Shown here in pieces: positions 17,048 to 26,721 of a stretch of 64,000 bases of DNA (positions within the stretch are counted from its first letter, which is position 1; every line of letters starts with the position of its first letter). The notes below the pieces were generated by a model. That model did not search any database and had not been told where the DNA came from. It worked only from the letters and a program-made list of their open reading frames with translations. The DNA is taken from contig CAVYRH010000004.1 of NCBI GenBank assembly GCA_963770835.1, positions 640,001-704,000 on the forward strand. The letters run 5' to 3'. Both the position numbers and the translations under genes were made by a program. The stretch comes from an uncultured Pseudomonadota bacterium (GTDB lineage: Bacteria; Oederibacteriota; Muellerivitia; Muellerivitales; Muellerivitaceae).

Positions 17048-18670
17048 TTACTGCCTTTCGCTTGTTTCCTGCAGGAGCGACAGGCGGTGCTGGGACAAAA
17101 CGGAGCGGAACTTCCGGAGGCTTTCGGCCAGGGATTTTTCCGTATTGATCCCCACGGCCTCCCAAGTGGCGGGCGGTTCCTGCCAGCGCTCCGCCATTTG
17201 CTGGTACACGGTGTAGTCGGCGTCCGAGGCGTAACGCTCGGTTTTTTGGAGGCGCTCCCGCACAATCCCCTCGTCCGCCTGGCAAGTGAAGAATAAAAAA
17301 GGCAGGCGTAGTTTTTGTGCCAAGCGGTAAAAGGGCTCCCGCCGGGCCTGTTCCCAAAGGCTGGCGTCGATCAAAACCCTTTGTCCCTTCAGGAGTCCTT
17401 CCTCCGCTTTTTCCAGCAAATAGGAATAAGTCTTGTCGGTCCATTCGGGGGTGTAAAGGCCCTGGTTCCAGCCACTGGAGGGCTGGGAGGAAGGCAGGAA
17501 ACCGGCCAGCTCCTTGCGCACCACATCCGAGGATAAAACCAAAAAGTCCTCGTTCTTTTCCAACGCCCGGGAAAGACTGCTCTTGCCCGTACCAGGAAGG
17601 CCCGACAAAAGCACCAGGCAGGGCCGGCCCTGGGGCAGGGCCAGCTTCGAAAGCGCCATGCGGAAGTGGAGGCGGGCCTTCTCCCGGGCTTTCGCCCTTT
17701 CCTCCGGGGACATGTCGGCTTCTTGGGCCTGCAGGCCGCGCACCAGGCCGCGGACCAGGTGGCGGTAGGCGGTGTAAAAAGAAAGCAAGTCGGCGTCCTC
17801 ATCCCCGCTTTGGGAAACCCACGAATAAGCCAGGAGGTTGGCCTCGTTGGAGAGTCCTTGGGCCTCCAGGTCCATCACCAGGAAGGCGACGTCGGACATG
17901 GGGTCGCCGCAGCGGTAACGGGGGTCGAATTCCACGCAATCGATAAGGAGGATGTCCTGGGGCGGCGCCGCATTAGGGAAGCAATACACGTGTTCCATCC
18001 TCAAATCGCCGTGGCCCTCCCGGGCCCGCCCTATTCGGCCCTCGATCCAAGGCTGGTGCCGGTTCCACTCGTCCTGGAAACTGGATTCCAGTTTCTCCCA
18101 CAATTCGGGCGCGAGGATCTCCGCCGGGAAGTTCCGGGTCTGGCTGAGGATCTGGCTCCAATCCTCCTCCACGGATTCGGGTTCGGCCCAGCGGGAAACC
18201 TCGGGGCCTTGGGCGGCCTGTCCATAAAACCGGACCAGCTTCTCCACCAGGCGGGACCAGAACCCCTCCGGCAGGCGGCCCGATTCCAGGAGCTTGTTCA
18301 GCCGGTTCTCGTCGGGAAGCCGCCGCATCTTGACGGCGTATTCCACGGGATCGCCTTCCCCCTCGAAGGACAGCACATCCCCTTTGCGGAAGACCGGCAC
18401 CACCCCCAGGTAAACGTCCGGAGCCAGGCGGCGGTTCAACTCGATTTCCCGCTCGCAGAAATTCCTGCGCTTTTCCAAGGTGGAATAGTCCACGAAGAGG
18501 AACCGGACGGGTTTTTTGATCTTGTAGGCAAAGTCGCCAGCCAGGAACACGATGGAGATGTGGGTTTGGACGGTCTTGAGTTCGGCCACCGGGTAGGGAA
18601 AAGCGATGTTTTCGGCGGCCAAGTGGGGGGGAAGCATTCCTGGTGCCGGGTTCTTCAGGATTTGTTCCAA
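17048..18670 (-). CDS. Aminoglycoside-phosphotransferase-like domain plus P-loop kinase (COG2187/COG0645-type)
   Basis: QTHIS...YKIKKPV, ELNRRLAP.VY, EGHGDLR, IDCVEF; C-terminal GLPGTGKS and SDVVRKEL. Confidence 0.9.
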   Translation of the reverse strand: MEQILKNPAPGMLPPHLAAENIAFPYPVAELKTVQTHISIVFLAGDFAYKIKKPVRFLFVDYSTLEKRRNFCEREIELNRRLAPDVYLGVVPVFRKGDVLSFEGEGDPVEYAVKMRRLPDENRLNKLLESGRLPEGFWSRLVEKLVRFYGQAAQGPEVSRWAEPESVEEDWSQILSQTRNFPAEILAPELWEKLESSFQDEWNRHQPWIEGRIGRAREGHGDLRMEHVYCFPNAAPPQDILLIDCVEFDPRYRCGDPMSDVAFLVMDLEAQGLSNEANLLAYSWVSQSGDEDADLLSFYTAYRHLVRGLVRGLQAQEADMSPEERAKAREKARLHFRMALSKLALPQGRPCLVLLSGLPGTGKSSLSRALEKNEDFLVLSSDVVRKELAGFLPSSQPSSGWNQGLYTPEWTDKTYSYLLEKAEEGLLKGQRVLIDASLWEQARREPFYRLAQKLRLPFLFFTCQADEGIVRERLQKTERYASDADYTVYQQMAERWQEPPATWEAVGINTEKSLAESLRKFRSVLSQHRLSLLQETSERQ

Positions 18671-18730
18671 GGTTCCGCCTCTTTGGGACGGCTTTTCACC
18701 GTTATTTTAAGCGGCAAGGTTGAGAAACCT

Positions 18731-18744
18731 ATGACTCCAGTCAT
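18731..18744. promoter_or_regulatory. Crp/Fnr-type box ATGAC-TCCA-GTCAT between divergent genes
   Basis: Perfect consensus; TATAGT 23 nt downstream on +, TAAAAT 21 nt away on -. Confidence 0.75.
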
Positions 18745-18808
18745 AGTCTGGAAGCTGCTGAGGTTCCTATAGTTAAAGAAAAGGCGAAGCGCCTTCCCGG
18801 AGTTCCAA

Positions 18809-19912
18809 ATGAAAAACTCCACTACCATCTTGACCGTTTCGGGCATCCAAATCAAAGTCCATTTCACCTTTCTCCTCCTCCTTCTATATGTGGCCGTCGA
18901 AGGCTGGATGGAGAATGGGGCGTCAGGCGCGGTTTTTGGGTTGGTCTTCACCCTCGCCCTTTTCGCCTGCGTGGTACTGCACGAGTTGGGACACAGCTTT
19001 ACCGCCCAGGGTTTCGGCATCCCGGTTGGCCAGATCCTGCTTTTGCCCATCGGCGGCGTGTCATCCCTTTCCAAAAAACCGAAAAATCCCTTGCAGGAAA
19101 TCCTGATCGCCCTAGCCGGGCCCCTGGTCAGCGTGGCTTTGGCAGTTCTCTTTTACCAGGCGTCCGGCTCGCCAGCCCTGACGGCTAATAGTTTCGCAGG
19201 GGTAGGGGAGAAGATGGATTTCACCCTGCCCACGATCCTGTTCTGGCTCTTCCGGACCAACCTTATCCTGGCGGTCTTCAACCTGATCCCGGCCTTTCCC
19301 ATGGACGGCGGGCGGGTGTTCCGGGCGGTGCTGCGCCTTTTCTTGAGGGAACCCCGGGCCACCGCTTTGGCGGCTTCGGTGGGCAAGGTTTTCGCCGTCA
19401 TCTTTGGCTTGGTGGGGCTCTTGATCGGCAACATGATCCTGGCCCTGGTGGCCTTTTTCCTCTACTTCGCGGGGGCGGGCGAGGTGGCGGGTGAGGCCAC
19501 GGAGGAAATCCTCAGCCACATCCGGGCCGGTGCCGTCTGCGCCCATTTTGGGGCGAGCCTGGAATCCACCGATACCCTGCGCCGGGTGATGGAACTGGTC
19601 TTGGGAAGCGAGCAAAAGAACTTCCCGGTCCTGGAGGGAGATAACTTGGCAGGAGTCTTGGAAAGCCGCGCCTTGAGGGACAGGCATGGGGACCTTCGTC
19701 CGGATACCCCCGTCACGGACCTGATGCGGCGGAATGTCCCGCGGATCCAGGCGGATGAGAACCTGGGACAAGCGTTGGGGGAATTGCGTGAGGCCGGGGC
19801 CCACAGTTGCGCGGTTTTCGAGGGCAGCCGGTTTTTGGGGCTTTTGGACGAGGACCGGATCCGATTGGCCCTGGCCCTTTCGCCGTTTTTGGTAGCCACT
19901 AACCGTAGTTAA
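18809..19912 (+). CDS. Site-2 (M50) metalloprotease with CBS domains
   Basis: HELGH, FNLIPAFPMDGGR, C-terminal CBS pair. Confidence 0.93.
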   Translation: MKNSTTILTVSGIQIKVHFTFLLLLLYVAVEGWMENGASGAVFGLVFTLALFACVVLHELGHSFTAQGFGIPVGQILLLPIGGVSSLSKKPKNPLQEILIALAGPLVSVALAVLFYQASGSPALTANSFAGVGEKMDFTLPTILFWLFRTNLILAVFNLIPAFPMDGGRVFRAVLRLFLREPRATALAASVGKVFAVIFGLVGLLIGNMILALVAFFLYFAGAGEVAGEATEEILSHIRAGAVCAHFGASLESTDTLRRVMELVLGSEQKNFPVLEGDNLAGVLESRALRDRHGDLRPDTPVTDLMRRNVPRIQADENLGQALGELREAGAHSCAVFEGSRFLGLLDEDRIRLALALSPFLVATNRS

Positions 19913-19922
19913 AGGGGGAAGC

Positions 19923-20117
19923 ATGGTTAAGGAAAAGAAAAGATCAATTCCAAAAATCAAGGCGATGACAGGCGGCCAAAAGAAAAACACCATCGAGGAA
20001 GCGGCTTATTTCCGCTGGCTGGCCCGCGACCAGGAGCACGGGAAGGACCTGAACGACTGGCTGGGCGCCGAACAGGAACTGATGGAAAACATCTTTGAGC
20101 GCGACGCGGAGGGTTGA
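19923..20117 (+). CDS. DUF2934-family small protein
   Basis: IEEAAYFRW...G.DL.DWL.AE.EL motif. Confidence 0.8.
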   Translation: MVKEKKRSIPKIKAMTGGQKKNTIEEAAYFRWLARDQEHGKDLNDWLGAEQELMENIFERDAEG

Positions 20118-20221
20118 TTTCAAGCCCAGGGGAAGCTAGTCCTGAGCGCCAACCACTTTTTTGTCACGCTTGGCCCGCCCTATCCCGGCATTGACAAACC
20201 TGATGTCGTCCTAATAAAGTT

Positions 20222-20976
20222 ATGAAATTCCCTATGAAAATAACTCGAAACCGGAATTGGATCATTCTACTTGCTTTCCTATGCCTTGAGGGGCAGGCAT
20301 GGGCCGGGAACCCTTTTATGACCGACGACCCGGAGCCCGTGAACCTGGGCCACGGGGAAGTTTTCGTGGCCGGAAGTTATTTCCAAAATTCAGGTGGAAC
20401 CAACGGCACGGGCCAGTTCGAAGTGAATTATGGAGCTTTTCCCGAAACCCAGCTCCATCTCATTATCACCGGTGCTTTCAACGCCCCCAACGGCCAGCCC
20501 GCCTCCTCCGGCGTGGGCGACACGGTGTTGGGTGTTAAGTACCGCTTCTTAAGGGAAAGCCCCGGAGTCCCCCAAATGGGGGTTTATCCCTGGGTCGTAC
20601 TTCCCACCGGCAATGCTTCCCAGGGCCTGGGCACCGGCCAAACGCATGTTTTCCTCCCACTTTGGATCCAAAAAAGCTGGGGGCCCTGGACCACTTACGG
20701 CGGGGGAGGATATTGGATTAATCCTGGGACAGGAAACCAAAACTGGGTTTACTTGGGATGGGAAGCGCAACGGGACCTTTCACCGGTGGTCACCTTGGGG
20801 GGGAACTTTTCTACCAAACCCCGGCCACCGTGGAAGGCCTGGAAACCCTCTCGGGCGATCTCGGCTTGATTGTCAACTTGAATGATCAAAACCATCCCAT
20901 GATCTCGATCGGCCGGGACCTGGTGAACCCTGTCAACACCCTCTTCGGTTACGCCGCTTACTTGTGGACATACTAA
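20222..20976 (+). pseudogene. Outer-membrane beta-barrel (COG4313/phenol-MetA-like), frameshifted at a G7 tract
   Basis: Signal peptide, PFMTDDP, G.GD...GVKYRF, VLPTG; the frame shifts at GGGGGGG 20797-20803 and continues as GGELFYQT...YAAYLWTY in the 20758-20976 frame. Confidence 0.75.
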
Positions 20977-20983
20977 ACCCCGC

Positions 20984-21880
20984 TCACCGGCCCGCGACGG
21001 CCCTATCGTAAAAGACGGCCTGGACGGTGCGGTTGGGGCCCTCTGATCTGGACTTGCGTAGCATTTCTTGGAGGTCACGGACGGCTTTTTGATATTCCTT
21101 CCAGGTTTTTCGTCTGCGGTTTTTCAACTCTCTTATCCAAGACTGGGTTTCGGGGAACAAACCGTTACCGGCTTTGCCTAAAAGGGCTAAGGCGTTGTCC
21201 AGGTCCCGCCAATCCCCCAAAACGGTTTGGGCTTTCTTGCATAGCGTCGCCAGCTCCCGGCCCCCACGGGACAGGAGGAACCCGAACTCCTCCAGGCTGT
21301 AACGCATTCGCTTGGCCTGCACCCGGAGCTTATGAAGAAGAGACCGGCTGGTTTTAGCGGTCTTCGTTTTCTTGAGGAGGTTCTCTAGACGCCGTTTTTC
21401 GTGTTCAAAGGCCTCCATCGCTTCCGAGGTGATTTTTTGGCGGTTGGCCCTTAAGACTAATTTCTTTCCAAGTCTGGAAAATCCGCGGACAAACGGGGGT
21501 GAAACCAAATGATTCCGGATTTCCTTTTCGCGCATTTGCCGAACTTCCTCCTGGATTTTTAACCATGCTTGCAAGCCTGGGGATGGGGAGGGAATGGGAG
21601 GTAGGGATTTTAAAAGGGAGTCGAAAACCTCCTTGTCCCTTAGGACATTGGTTTCCTGGCCGATGCCCTTGAGGAAGCCGAAGACGGCTACGAGGGTCCG
21701 GGGTAAGTAGCAACCCTTCAATAATCGCAGGCAAGTGCGAAGGCGGCGAAGGGAGACTCGGAAATCATGGAGGGCCTCCGGATCCCTCCCTTTCAGGACC
21801 CGAAAACGGTTGCGTTCCAGCCGGGACAGGATCAGGTTCAGGCGCTTGGAAAAAAATTCCTTCTTGGGAAGAGGTTTCAT
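20984..21880 (-). CDS. CHAD-domain (polyphosphate-binding) protein
   Basis: EALHDFRVSLRRLR, RD.EV, LHKLRVQAKRMRY, Q..LGDWRD. Confidence 0.9.
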   Translation of the reverse strand: MKPLPKKEFFSKRLNLILSRLERNRFRVLKGRDPEALHDFRVSLRRLRTCLRLLKGCYLPRTLVAVFGFLKGIGQETNVLRDKEVFDSLLKSLPPIPSPSPGLQAWLKIQEEVRQMREKEIRNHLVSPPFVRGFSRLGKKLVLRANRQKITSEAMEAFEHEKRRLENLLKKTKTAKTSRSLLHKLRVQAKRMRYSLEEFGFLLSRGGRELATLCKKAQTVLGDWRDLDNALALLGKAGNGLFPETQSWIRELKNRRRKTWKEYQKAVRDLQEMLRKSRSEGPNRTVQAVFYDRAVAGR

Positions 21881-21897
21881 TGGATACGCCCTTGGAA

Positions 21898-22713
21898 CTA
21901 TTTTTTCCGTTCGGATTCCATTTGTTTGAGGGATTTTTCCAGTTCCGCCGCTTCCCGGTGGAGGGCTTTTTCCTCCATCCAATCCGAGTGGTGTTTTAGG
22001 CCCGAGGCGACGATTTCCAGAGCGCGGCGCCGGGCATAATGCTTATGGTCTGCCGGGATGAGGTGCCAGGGAGCGGCCTTCGTATGGGTCTTTTCCAGCA
22101 TTTCCTCCGCCGCATCCACGTAGTCGTCCCAGCGCGCGCGGGCCTGGATGTCCTCCGGCGTGATCTTCCACTGCTTATAGGGATCCTTGATCCTGGCCTC
22201 AAACCTTTTCAACTGCTCCTGCGGCGAGATGGCCAGGAAAATCTTGATGAGGTCGATCCCGTCGTCCACCAACATTTTTTCAACCTGGTTGATTTCGTCG
22301 TAGGCCTGGGCCAGGCGGTCCTTGGGCGCGAGTTTTTCCACCTTTTCCACCAGCACTCGGCCGTACCAGGACCGGTCGAAGACGGCCCATTCACCGGGCG
22401 GGGGGAAAGCTTCCCAAAAGCGGTGGAGGTAATGCCGGCCTTGCTCTTCCACCGAGGGAGGGCCGAAGGAATGGACCTTCACGCCCCGGGGGTCCAGCCG
22501 CTCGGTCAAGCGGCGGATGGTGCCGCCCTTCCCGGAGGCGTCGAATCCTTCGAATAGAACCAGCGCCCTCCGCTTGCCGTGCCAAATGCCCTGTTGGATG
22601 CGCACCATCTGGAGTTGTAATTTTTTAACGACCTCGTCGTAATCTTTTGAATCCTCGGAGGGGAAGTCCCCTTCCTTCAGGAGTTTCCTCAAACTCAGCC
22701 GGTCGGATGACAT
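21898..22713 (-). CDS. ppk2: Polyphosphate kinase 2 family
   Basis: FEGFDASGKGGTIRR, LDPRG, FDRSWYGRVLVE. Confidence 0.93.
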   Translation of the reverse strand: MSSDRLSLRKLLKEGDFPSEDSKDYDEVVKKLQLQMVRIQQGIWHGKRRALVLFEGFDASGKGGTIRRLTERLDPRGVKVHSFGPPSVEEQGRHYLHRFWEAFPPPGEWAVFDRSWYGRVLVEKVEKLAPKDRLAQAYDEINQVEKMLVDDGIDLIKIFLAISPQEQLKRFEARIKDPYKQWKITPEDIQARARWDDYVDAAEEMLEKTHTKAAPWHLIPADHKHYARRRALEIVASGLKHHSDWMEEKALHREAAELEKSLKQMESERKK

Positions 22714-22840
22714 GGCAGCACCTCCTTACACCATTCTAAAGCCCTGTCCCCCCAGTGGGGACCATGGGATTGAAATTTCTGAAAAACGAAAGGCGAAATA
22801 GGTGCCCCCCAGCTTTCGTTTTTGTTAGGAAAGGTGAAAC

Positions 22841-22854
22841 CTGAGCCGGGTCAT
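22841..22854 (+). promoter_or_regulatory. Degenerate Crp/Fnr-type box CTGAG-CCGG-GTCAT
   Basis: TACATT 22 nt downstream; precedes the 22916 small gene. Confidence 0.5.
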
Positions 22855-22915
22855 ATGCATCCGGAAAAATTGGAAATACATTAAATTAAAGCCAAAGTTC
22901 AAGGAGGAAAGAACC

Positions 22916-23095
22916 ATGGTGAAGACAATCGCCAAGCCAAAAACGGCTAAGGCCAAAGAAGCGGTTTCAAGGGAAGAACTGGAAGTGGCCGCTTATTACC
23001 ACTGGCTGAATAGGGGTTGCCCCAACGACGATCCGCTGACCGATTGGGTTGAAGCGGAGGAAAAGTTAAACAAGGACGGTTCGCCGAGAAAATAA
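22916..23095 (+). CDS. DUF2934-family small protein (59 aa, absent from the ORF track)
   Basis: AAGGAGG SD; MVKTIAKPKTAKAKEAVSREELEVAAYYHWLNRGCPNDDPLTDWVEAEEKLNKDGSPRK. Confidence 0.8.
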   Translation: MVKTIAKPKTAKAKEAVSREELEVAAYYHWLNRGCPNDDPLTDWVEAEEKLNKDGSPRK

Positions 23096-23153
23096 GCGGC
23101 CTGGCGAAGAAAAACAAGGAGGCCGCGAAGCCAAGAAGCGAAGGAGGCGGACC

Positions 23154-23474
23154 ATGGAGACGACTCTCGACGGGTTCGCGCGGCGCATGGCGGGGTGGCT
23201 TTGGGCCCCCCCGCAGGGCATGCCGCTGGAAGAGTTGGAATACGCCGAGTGGATCAAGCCGGAAGGCAGGCCCGTCAAGCATAAGGGATGGAAGCAACCC
23301 CTTGAGGGACGGGGCTCCCGGTCGCCGATTCCCAAGCATATTGAGGAGTTCTACCACCGGGGCGCTTATGAACAACACGAAATTCACACGCGTTCCCCTA
23401 AAAAAGCAGTCCTTCGCTTCCAAGGCAAGGGCTCCAAGATCGAAAGGCGCGAAGGGAAAAGAGTCAAAAAATAA
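23154..23474 (+). CDS. Hypothetical protein
   Basis: AAGGAGG SD; 106-aa ORF. Confidence 0.55.
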   Translation: METTLDGFARRMAGWLWAPPQGMPLEELEYAEWIKPEGRPVKHKGWKQPLEGRGSRSPIPKHIEEFYHRGAYEQHEIHTRSPKKAVLRFQGKGSKIERREGKRVKK

Positions 23475-23562
23475 AACCTAAGCGGATCTGACGTCCCGCG
23501 AAAAGTCTCTGGCAGTTGAAACCTTTGAAGAATCTGGAAATTGTATTAAGAGGTGGCGATAG

Positions 23563-23598
23563 GCCCCGGGGAATTTCATCTCCGGGGCTTTTTATTTT
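23563..23598 (+). terminator. Intrinsic terminator
   Basis: GCCCCGGGGA...TCTCCGGGGC followed by a T-run. Confidence 0.65.
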
Positions 23599-24691
23599 AG
23601 GAAGACGCTGGCTGGTAAATGCAATAAGGATCGGCAGCCATGACGTTGCCGGCCATGGCGTAGGCCCGGGCGCGGGAACCGCCGCAGTAATAGCGATAAT
23701 CGCAACGGCCGCACTTGCCCTGCAGGGAGTCGGCGTCCCGAAGGCGCTGGAACAGCGGGCTGGTTTGGTAGATATCCGCCAAGGGAAGATCCTTAATATT
23801 GCCCCCGGAGACGGGTAGGAAGCCGCTGGGGCAGACTTCGCCGGTGTTGGAGATGAACACGAAGCCCCGGGCGTCGGATACTCCCCGGGCCACCCGGAGA
23901 AGAACCGGGTTGGGGTGGGAGGCCACCACTCCCGGCAATTGATCGGGAGTTACGCCGTAACGCTGCAGGATGATCCTCCGGAAATGGTGGGCCTCGGTCG
24001 TCTTGATGTCAAACCAGCCCAGCTCCAGGAGCTCGAACAACTGGTTCAAAATCTCCTCTGTTTCCACGGCGGTCAGGGCCTGGTCTTGGTGGGCCCGCCC
24101 GGTGGGCACCAGGAAGAAAACCGACCAAAGGTCCACGGAGAAGGATTTGATCAGCCGGGCCATATCCCAAACCTGGTCCCGGTTATGCCGGCCCATGGTG
24201 GTGTTGATCTGAAGGTGGATTCCCAATTGGCGGATCCGCTCCGCGGCCTGGATCAGGCGCTCAAAAGTGCCGGGAACTCCCCGGAAGCTGTCGTGGGTGT
24301 AAGGGTCGGCGCCGTCCAGGGAAAGGGAAATACGGTGGACGCCCGCGTCTCGCAGTTTTTTAAGATTTTCCACCGTCAGCAAGGGTGTGACCGAAGGGGC
24401 TAAGGCGAAATTGAGGCCCTTGCGGGAACACTCCCGGACCAGGGCCATCAAGTCCGCCCGCTTCAAAGGATCCCCCCCCGTCATGACAAAAAGAGGGACC
24501 TTCCAGTCGGCGATCTGGTGGATGAGCCGAAGGGCCTGCTCGGTGTCCAATTCCCCCGGGTTTTGCCCGGCTTGGGCGTCGGCACGGCAATGTACGCAGG
24601 CCAAATCACAGGCGCGGGTGACTTCCCAAATGGCGATATAAGGGCGGTCGGCGTAAAGATTTTTCGGCAGGAGTGGGGAAGCGGAATCCAT
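23597..24691 (-). CDS. Radical SAM/SPASM protein, NirJ/Ahb-like (TIGR04053-type)
   Basis: IWEVTRACDLACVHCRA, TGGDPL, TTEAHHFRR, GKCGRC...CGGSRARAY...DP.C. Confidence 0.88.
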   Translation of the reverse strand: MDSASPLLPKNLYADRPYIAIWEVTRACDLACVHCRADAQAGQNPGELDTEQALRLIHQIADWKVPLFVMTGGDPLKRADLMALVRECSRKGLNFALAPSVTPLLTVENLKKLRDAGVHRISLSLDGADPYTHDSFRGVPGTFERLIQAAERIRQLGIHLQINTTMGRHNRDQVWDMARLIKSFSVDLWSVFFLVPTGRAHQDQALTAVETEEILNQLFELLELGWFDIKTTEAHHFRRIILQRYGVTPDQLPGVVASHPNPVLLRVARGVSDARGFVFISNTGEVCPSGFLPVSGGNIKDLPLADIYQTSPLFQRLRDADSLQGKCGRCDYRYYCGGSRARAYAMAGNVMAADPYCIYQPASS

Positions 24692-24750
24692 GGTCACACC
24701 TCGCTGGAATTTGTACGAGTCCAACTTACGATGCGGTGCGGGACTCATTT

Positions 24751-24764
24751 ATGACTTAAATCAT
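24751..24764 (-). promoter_or_regulatory. Crp/Fnr-type box ATGAC-TTAA-ATCAT
   Basis: Minus-strand TAAGTT 22 nt downstream, towards the radical SAM gene. Confidence 0.7.
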
Positions 24765-24955
24765 TAAATTATAATGAGGAAATTCCAGCCGGTTGAAGCG
24801 GCCCTATGGCTGTGGCGCCATGGCTTCACTGCCAGAATTTCCTAAACGCTCCAGGATGACGCGCTAAGACCCTCCCTAAATCCCTTCGATTTCTTCCATC
24901 CATGCCGGGCATGCCAATTGCCTTAACTCTCAGTGAAGGCGGATCTTTAACTGAT

Positions 24956-24969
24956 ATGACCAATGTCAT
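24956..24969 (+). promoter_or_regulatory. Crp/Fnr-type box ATGAC-CAAT-GTCAT
   Basis: Perfect consensus; TAAAGT 21 nt downstream; precedes the erythrin pair. Confidence 0.75.
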
Positions 24970-25035
24970 ATTGAATTTGTGGAATTTTAATAAAGTGTCG
25001 CCAAGTTCTGCTCCAGAGGCCTAAAGGAAAAAAAC

Positions 25036-25542
25036 GTGACCCGCAAAATCAGTGAACTTTCACCCAAAGAGGTTCTCGCCTTGGCCATCAGCATTGAACA
25101 GGCCAATGGCCGTTTCCTAAGACAGTTTGCCGATGCCTTTGAGGGCAAGGACCCCCAAGTTTCCCGGCGGTTCCGGGAACTGGCGGAAGAAGAAGCCGTC
25201 CATGAGGAATGGCTGACGGAAAAATTTAAGCGGCGTTTTGAGGGACCGGTCCCGGCCGTCCCCTGGGTGAATGTGCAGGGCTTGGAGGACGCCGTGGAAT
25301 GGGCCCACCCCGGAATCCCGGTTTCCGAAGACCTGGAGGAGGAAGAAGTGTTCATCCTGGCTTTGGCGGCTGAAAAGAGGGCTAGTGAATTCTACCGGCG
25401 CGCGGGGTTGGCAACGATGGATAAGTCCCTCTTCCTACTTTTTCGCCAGCTCGTCGCGATGGAAAAAGGCCACGCGGACTGGCTCAAGGAACAGATTCAA
25501 GGCATGGGCGCGAAAAACGAAGCGGTGGGGGGCAAGTCATGA
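25036..25542 (+). CDS. Ferritin-like erythrin/rubrerythrin-domain protein (MbfA N-domain-like)
   Basis: EVLALAISIE, EEEAVH, ALAAE, MEKGH di-iron ligand pattern. Confidence 0.85.
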   Translation: MTRKISELSPKEVLALAISIEQANGRFLRQFADAFEGKDPQVSRRFRELAEEEAVHEEWLTEKFKRRFEGPVPAVPWVNVQGLEDAVEWAHPGIPVSEDLEEEEVFILALAAEKRASEFYRRAGLATMDKSLFLLFRQLVAMEKGHADWLKEQIQGMGAKNEAVGGKS

Positions 25543-26012
25543 CCCGCAAAATCAGCGAACTTTCACCCAAAGAAGTCCTTGCGCTCGCCGTCCGAATTGA
25601 ACAGGCCAACGGCAAACTCATGCGGAATTTCGCCGGAGCCTTCCTAAGTTACGATAAAAACGCGGCCGAGAAATTTCTGGAACTGGCGGAGGAAGAAGAC
25701 CTGCATGAGGCATGGCTGACGGAGAAATTCAAAAGAAGGTTCAAAGGGCTTATCCCCCCGATCAATGAGTTTGACGTCGAGGGCGTGAAGGAAGTCATCG
25801 AATGGGATGAGCCCAAAAGCCTCATCGTCGACGGCGTCGAGGCCGATAAAGTCTACCAATTGGCCTTGGAAGCCGAGAACCGGGCAAGATTGTTCTATCA
25901 GGAAGCGGGCACCGTCGCGGCGGACAAGTCCTTGATGCTGCTTTTCCGGCAGCTCGCCAAGATGGAGAACGACCATGCGGGCTGGCTGGAAGAAAAGATC
26001 CAAACGGCCTAG
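25539..26012 (+). CDS. Second tandem erythrin-domain protein
   Basis: Identical N-terminus MTRKISELSPKEVLALA; EEEDLH, ALEAE, MENDH. Confidence 0.85.
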   Translation: MTRKISELSPKEVLALAVRIEQANGKLMRNFAGAFLSYDKNAAEKFLELAEEEDLHEAWLTEKFKRRFKGLIPPINEFDVEGVKEVIEWDEPKSLIVDGVEADKVYQLALEAENRARLFYQEAGTVAADKSLMLLFRQLAKMENDHAGWLEEKIQTA

Positions 26013-26368
26013 TGGGTGTAATCCTAAAAACTAAATGGATGGAGCTGGCGGCTCCATGGTCCTCACCACTGGCTGTAAAACGCCCGGCTAAAGCCCCCTC
26101 CAAGTTTGTTTAAAAATTGTAAATTGTGCCTTCCGCCAGCCCCTACCCCCAAGAATGCTTAAAAACTTCCTTACAATTGTGTTGTTTCCGCAAGGTTAGG
26201 AAGCCCCTAATGCCATTTTTTTCCTGCACAATCTTTAACTTACGAATAAAGATTGAAGTGAGAAACGGGAAAAATGTAAGATCGTGACAAGTTTTGAGGG
26301 TTCATCCACGCCAACCCAGGAACATTTTTACGCTCTAACTTTTAAGTTTTTTTAAGGAGGCAATACCC

Positions 26369-26602
26369 ATGTCTAAAAAATCGTTTACCGCTGTGGTGGG
26401 GGCTCTCGTAATGGCCCTTCTCCCACTCGCTTCGCACGCCCAATCCACCGGCGGCAACGCTCCCCTGGGAAGCAAACAAAACCCCATCAAACCAACGTCG
26501 ATCAATCCTGCGCCTGCCAACGGGAATTCCTCGGCCAAGGGAAAGCGCGGTTCCAAAACCAATCCCATCGCCGGAAGCGTTCATCCCAGGACAACGAATT
26601 AA
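26369..26602 (+). CDS. Small secreted protein with two GSKxNPI repeats
   Basis: AAGGAGG SD; signal peptide ending ASHA; GSKQNPI and GSKTNPI. Confidence 0.7.
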   Translation: MSKKSFTAVVGALVMALLPLASHAQSTGGNAPLGSKQNPIKPTSINPAPANGNSSAKGKRGSKTNPIAGSVHPRTTN

Positions 26603-26721
26603 ATCTTCGGCCTCCTATCCAAATAAGGAATAAGAGGCTTCGTCGAAAAGAAAATTTATTTCCGCCTTTGATTTTTTAAAACTCAACCTCGCCTCTTCAA
26701 ATGAAATAAACGTTTGAATCC

